Assembly (NCBI GenBank): GCA_035686805.1
Contig: DASRZD010000382.1
Location: 1-25,552 of the forward strand
Direction: 5' to 3'
Source of the DNA: Armatimonadota bacterium
GTDB taxonomy: Bacteria; Armatimonadota; UBA5829; DTJY01
DNA: 25,552 bases
Below are positions 24,056-25,552 of the stretch, piece by piece. Made by a program: the position numbers and the translations under genes. How positions within the stretch are numbered: the stretch's first letter is position 1; each line of letters begins with the position of its first letter. The notes beneath the pieces were generated by a model. The model was not told the origin of the DNA, searched no databases, and saw only the letters and a list, made by a program, of their open reading frames with translations.

Positions 24056-25207
24056 TCACGCTGCCTTGCGCAGGTCGAACCGCGGCTTATAGTCTGCGCA
24101 CTTGTAGGATGGAGAATGGTCGTCCGGGGAGTCAGCGTCGGACATATAAACGTATGACTCCGAGATGCCGCACTTCTGGTAGACTTTGTCGTAGTTCCCG
24201 CAATCCAGGCATCGGCGAAGTACCGTTCCGCAGACTACGCATTTCATGCTGCCGATCAACTCGATGCGTCCGCACATCGGGCAATGGATATAGACTTCCT
24301 TCCACCCATCGTCGCCTTTCTGGAGGGCATAACGCGCCTTTTCGCTCAGGCCGTCCAACTCCGCCAGCAAAGCCTTGCACGTGCTGAGGAGCTGGTTCAT
24401 CTGAGTTTCCTTGAGGTAGTCAACCAGCCGCTCATCAATCAGGTTCGAGAGCTGGCCGGCCGCTTTCTCGAGGGCAGCCAGACGGAGATCGGCGGTCTGG
24501 GGTTTGAAGGGCTTTATCTTGTTCTTCGCCTTGCCCATGGAGGCGAGGATTTCCTCGGTGGCGCGGAGAGGAATGCGCAGGAATGCCTCCTTCTTGGCAG
24601 GGACTTCGCATATTGCCTCGACGAGCCTGCGGGCTTCGGCGACGGAGAGGTTGTCGGCGTTGATCTTCCCAACGACTCGAAGCTGAGTCGCCAGGTCTCC
24701 GTTGAGGCTCTTTAGGACCCGGGCATGGGCCTCGGTAAAACTGCCCGAAGCAGTCTTATCCCATGATTCCACGAGGGCACGCTGGACCTGTGCCGGCAAT
24801 TCCAGGAGCTCGAGATATCGGCGTAGGGTGCTCTCGCTGACGCCGAGCGCCTTCGCGCACTGCTCCCAGGTCATGAACTCCAGCAGGCCCTCGATGGCCT
24901 TCGCCCGATCAACCGGGTTCAAGTCCTCGCGCTGGAAGTTCTCGAGGAGGGAGTCACAGGCCATGTCTTCGTCGGACATCTCGCGAACGACGGCCGGTAT
25001 TTCGGCCAATCCCGCGAGCTTCGACGCCCTGAACCTTCGCTCGCCCATGACGATTTCGTACTTGCCGTCTCTTGGGCGAACGACTATCGGCTCGAGGACC
25101 CCGCGTTCCTTGATTGACTGAGCAAGCTCGTTCAGGCTGGTCTCGTAGAATGTCTTCCGCGGCTGGCCAGTGTGCGGAATGATATCGTCAAGCTTGATGT
25201 GCTCCAT
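24056..25207 (-). CDS. ParB/Srx-fold CTPase-like DNA-binding protein with a C-terminal double zinc ribbon (orphan, no ParA partner in the window)
   Basis: Start placed at ATG 25205-25207 (MEHIKLDDIIPHTGQPRKTF), with GGAGG 5 nt upstream. The alternative start at 25246 is preceded by AAGGAAA. The ParB N-terminal domain carries the arginine-patch motif GERRFRAS, and a helix-turn-helix region follows. The C-terminus contains CPMCG-N11-CVVCG and CLDCG-N10-CG Cys pairs. Confidence 0.85.
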   Translation of the reverse strand: MEHIKLDDIIPHTGQPRKTFYETSLNELAQSIKERGVLEPIVVRPRDGKYEIVMGERRFRASKLAGLAEIPAVVREMSDEDMACDSLLENFQREDLNPVDRAKAIEGLLEFMTWEQCAKALGVSESTLRRYLELLELPAQVQRALVESWDKTASGSFTEAHARVLKSLNGDLATQLRVVGKINADNLSVAEARRLVEAICEVPAKKEAFLRIPLRATEEILASMGKAKNKIKPFKPQTADLRLAALEKAAGQLSNLIDERLVDYLKETQMNQLLSTCKALLAELDGLSEKARYALQKGDDGWKEVYIHCPMCGRIELIGSMKCVVCGTVLRRCLDCGNYDKVYQKCGISESYVYMSDADSPDDHSPSYKCADYKPRFDLRKAA

Positions 25208-25230
25208 GCGCCCCTCCGGATTCGTGTTCA

Positions 25231-25296
25231 ATGGTCGAGGGTCCATGGTCTATGTTTCCTTCTCCCATTGACCATCGGCCATAGACCATTGACCAT
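25231..25296. promoter_or_regulatory. Iteron-like cluster of GACCAT/ATGGTC hexamers plus a 10-bp inverted repeat ATGGTCTATG/CATAGACCAT upstream of the ParB-like gene. Candidate operator or parS-like site.
   Basis: ATGGTC occurs at 25231-36 and 25245-50. GACCAT occurs at 25270-75, 25284-89 and 25291-96. The direct repeat CCATTGACCAT sits at 25265-75 and 25286-96, spaced 21 bp apart. The inverted repeat spans 25245-54 and 25280-89. Confidence 0.4.
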
Positions 25297-25319
25297 CTGC
25301 AGTGTGCCCTTAGTATAAT
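25289..25319 (+). promoter_or_regulatory. Candidate sigma70 promoter TTGACC-N19-TATAAT on the plus strand, divergent from the ParB-like gene
   Basis: TTGACC at 25289-25294 and TATAAT at 25314-25319. The 19-nt spacer is longer than optimal. The predicted TSS is about 25326. Confidence 0.4.
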
Positions 25320-25326
25320 TATGCCC

Positions 25327-25430
25327 GGAAGGCGGCTGAGGGTCAGATGGAAATGCGGAAAACTGGTAATTGTACGGAGGGATGATAGGACAGGAAGGCA
25401 GCCCCGACGAGAATCGGGACTGCCTTTTTT
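25327..25430 (+). ncRNA. Candidate small RNA or leader transcript of about 100 nt, bounded by the promoter above and an intrinsic terminator. It contains a 12-codon mini-ORF (MEMRKTGNCTEG, 25347-25385).
   Basis: The promoter and terminator are on the same strand, about 100 nt apart. No protein-coding gene follows on the plus strand, because the next gene is the convergent minus-strand CDS ending at 25453. The mini-ORF has a weak RBS, GAGGG, 4 nt upstream. Confidence 0.35.
25397..25430 (+). terminator. Rho-independent terminator: GGCAGCCCCGA-cgagaa-TCGGGACTGCC followed by TTTTTT
   Basis: An 11-bp GC-rich stem with one C-A mismatch, a 6-nt loop, then a T6 run at 25425-25430 on the plus strand. 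Confidence 0.7.
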
Positions 25431-25452
25431 AGCTAGTCGTGCTGCAAGCAGA

Positions 25453-25552
25453 CTACGGAACAATCATGGACTTGTAGTTCTGGAGCCATGTGAACCAGTA
25501 GCCATGCCATGCGAGCAGCCTGGTATCGTATCCCCAGTCCTCAACGACACCG
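25453..25552 (-). CDS. 3' end of an unidentified minus-strand gene running in from beyond the right window edge (C-terminus ...GVVEDWGYDTRLLAWHGYWFTWLQNYKSMIVP*)
   Basis: The frame is open from 25552 down to TAG (revcomp of 25453-25455). Only 33 codons are visible, so no function is assigned. Confidence 0.45.
   Translation of the reverse strand, partial: GVVEDWGYDTRLLAWHGYWFTWLQNYKSMIVP

Noticed and set aside
25188-25463. 91-aa minus-strand ORF spanning the ParB-like promoter region
   Set aside because: It runs through the GACCAT array, the promoter and the terminator hairpin. It has no RBS and an implausible composition.
1-25552. Search for mobile elements, tRNA, rRNA and defense systems (restriction-modification, toxin-antitoxin, Cas)
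   Set aside because: All intergenic gaps are 300 nt or shorter and were read on both strands. No tRNA-like T-arm or acceptor pattern was seen. No integrase, transposase, methyltransferase, Cas or toxin-like ORF was found, and no long terminal inverted or direct repeats flank any gene block.

Overview
This is a 25.5-kb, GC-rich (roughly 60% by eye) chromosomal segment from a diderm bacterium. Twenty-two of the 24 protein-coding genes are on the minus strand and are tightly packed, with several 1-4-nt start/stop overlaps. I found no rRNA, tRNA, CRISPR array, transposase, integrase or phage gene. I cannot point to a clearly new multi-gene system with confidence. The items that look most unusual are an MtrA-like decaheme cytochrome interrupted by a coiled coil, an orphan ParB-like CTPase with a zinc ribbon plus GACCAT repeats upstream and a possible small RNA, the unannotated flp genes, and several RNA/DNA structural elements; they are detailed in findings.

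Content from left to right:
1. A porin-cytochrome module: a decaheme c-type cytochrome (10 CxxCH motifs) immediately followed by an outer-membrane beta-barrel gene that runs off the left edge of the window.
2. Two tandem, paralogous TolB-like PD40 beta-propeller lipoproteins.
3. A Ku-LigD non-homologous end-joining operon.
4. A divergently transcribed flotillin/SPFH gene, convergent with a translationally coupled DUF1634-like/TauE-SafE pair.
5. A complete Tad/Flp pilus locus (tadC, tadB, cpaF, cpaE, cpaC, cpaB, tadG-like, tadE-like, prepilin peptidase). It includes two 58-aa Flp prepilin genes that are missing from the supplied ORF track.
6. An outer-membrane beta-barrel gene and a secreted beta-propeller glycoside-hydrolase-like gene, each behind a perfect TTGACA-N17-TATAAT promoter.
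7. A PEBP/YbhB protein, and a ParB/CTPase-like protein with a C-terminal double zinc ribbon. Upstream of the latter lie iteron-like GACCAT repeats and a divergent promoter plus intrinsic terminator that delimit a candidate small RNA of about 100 nt.
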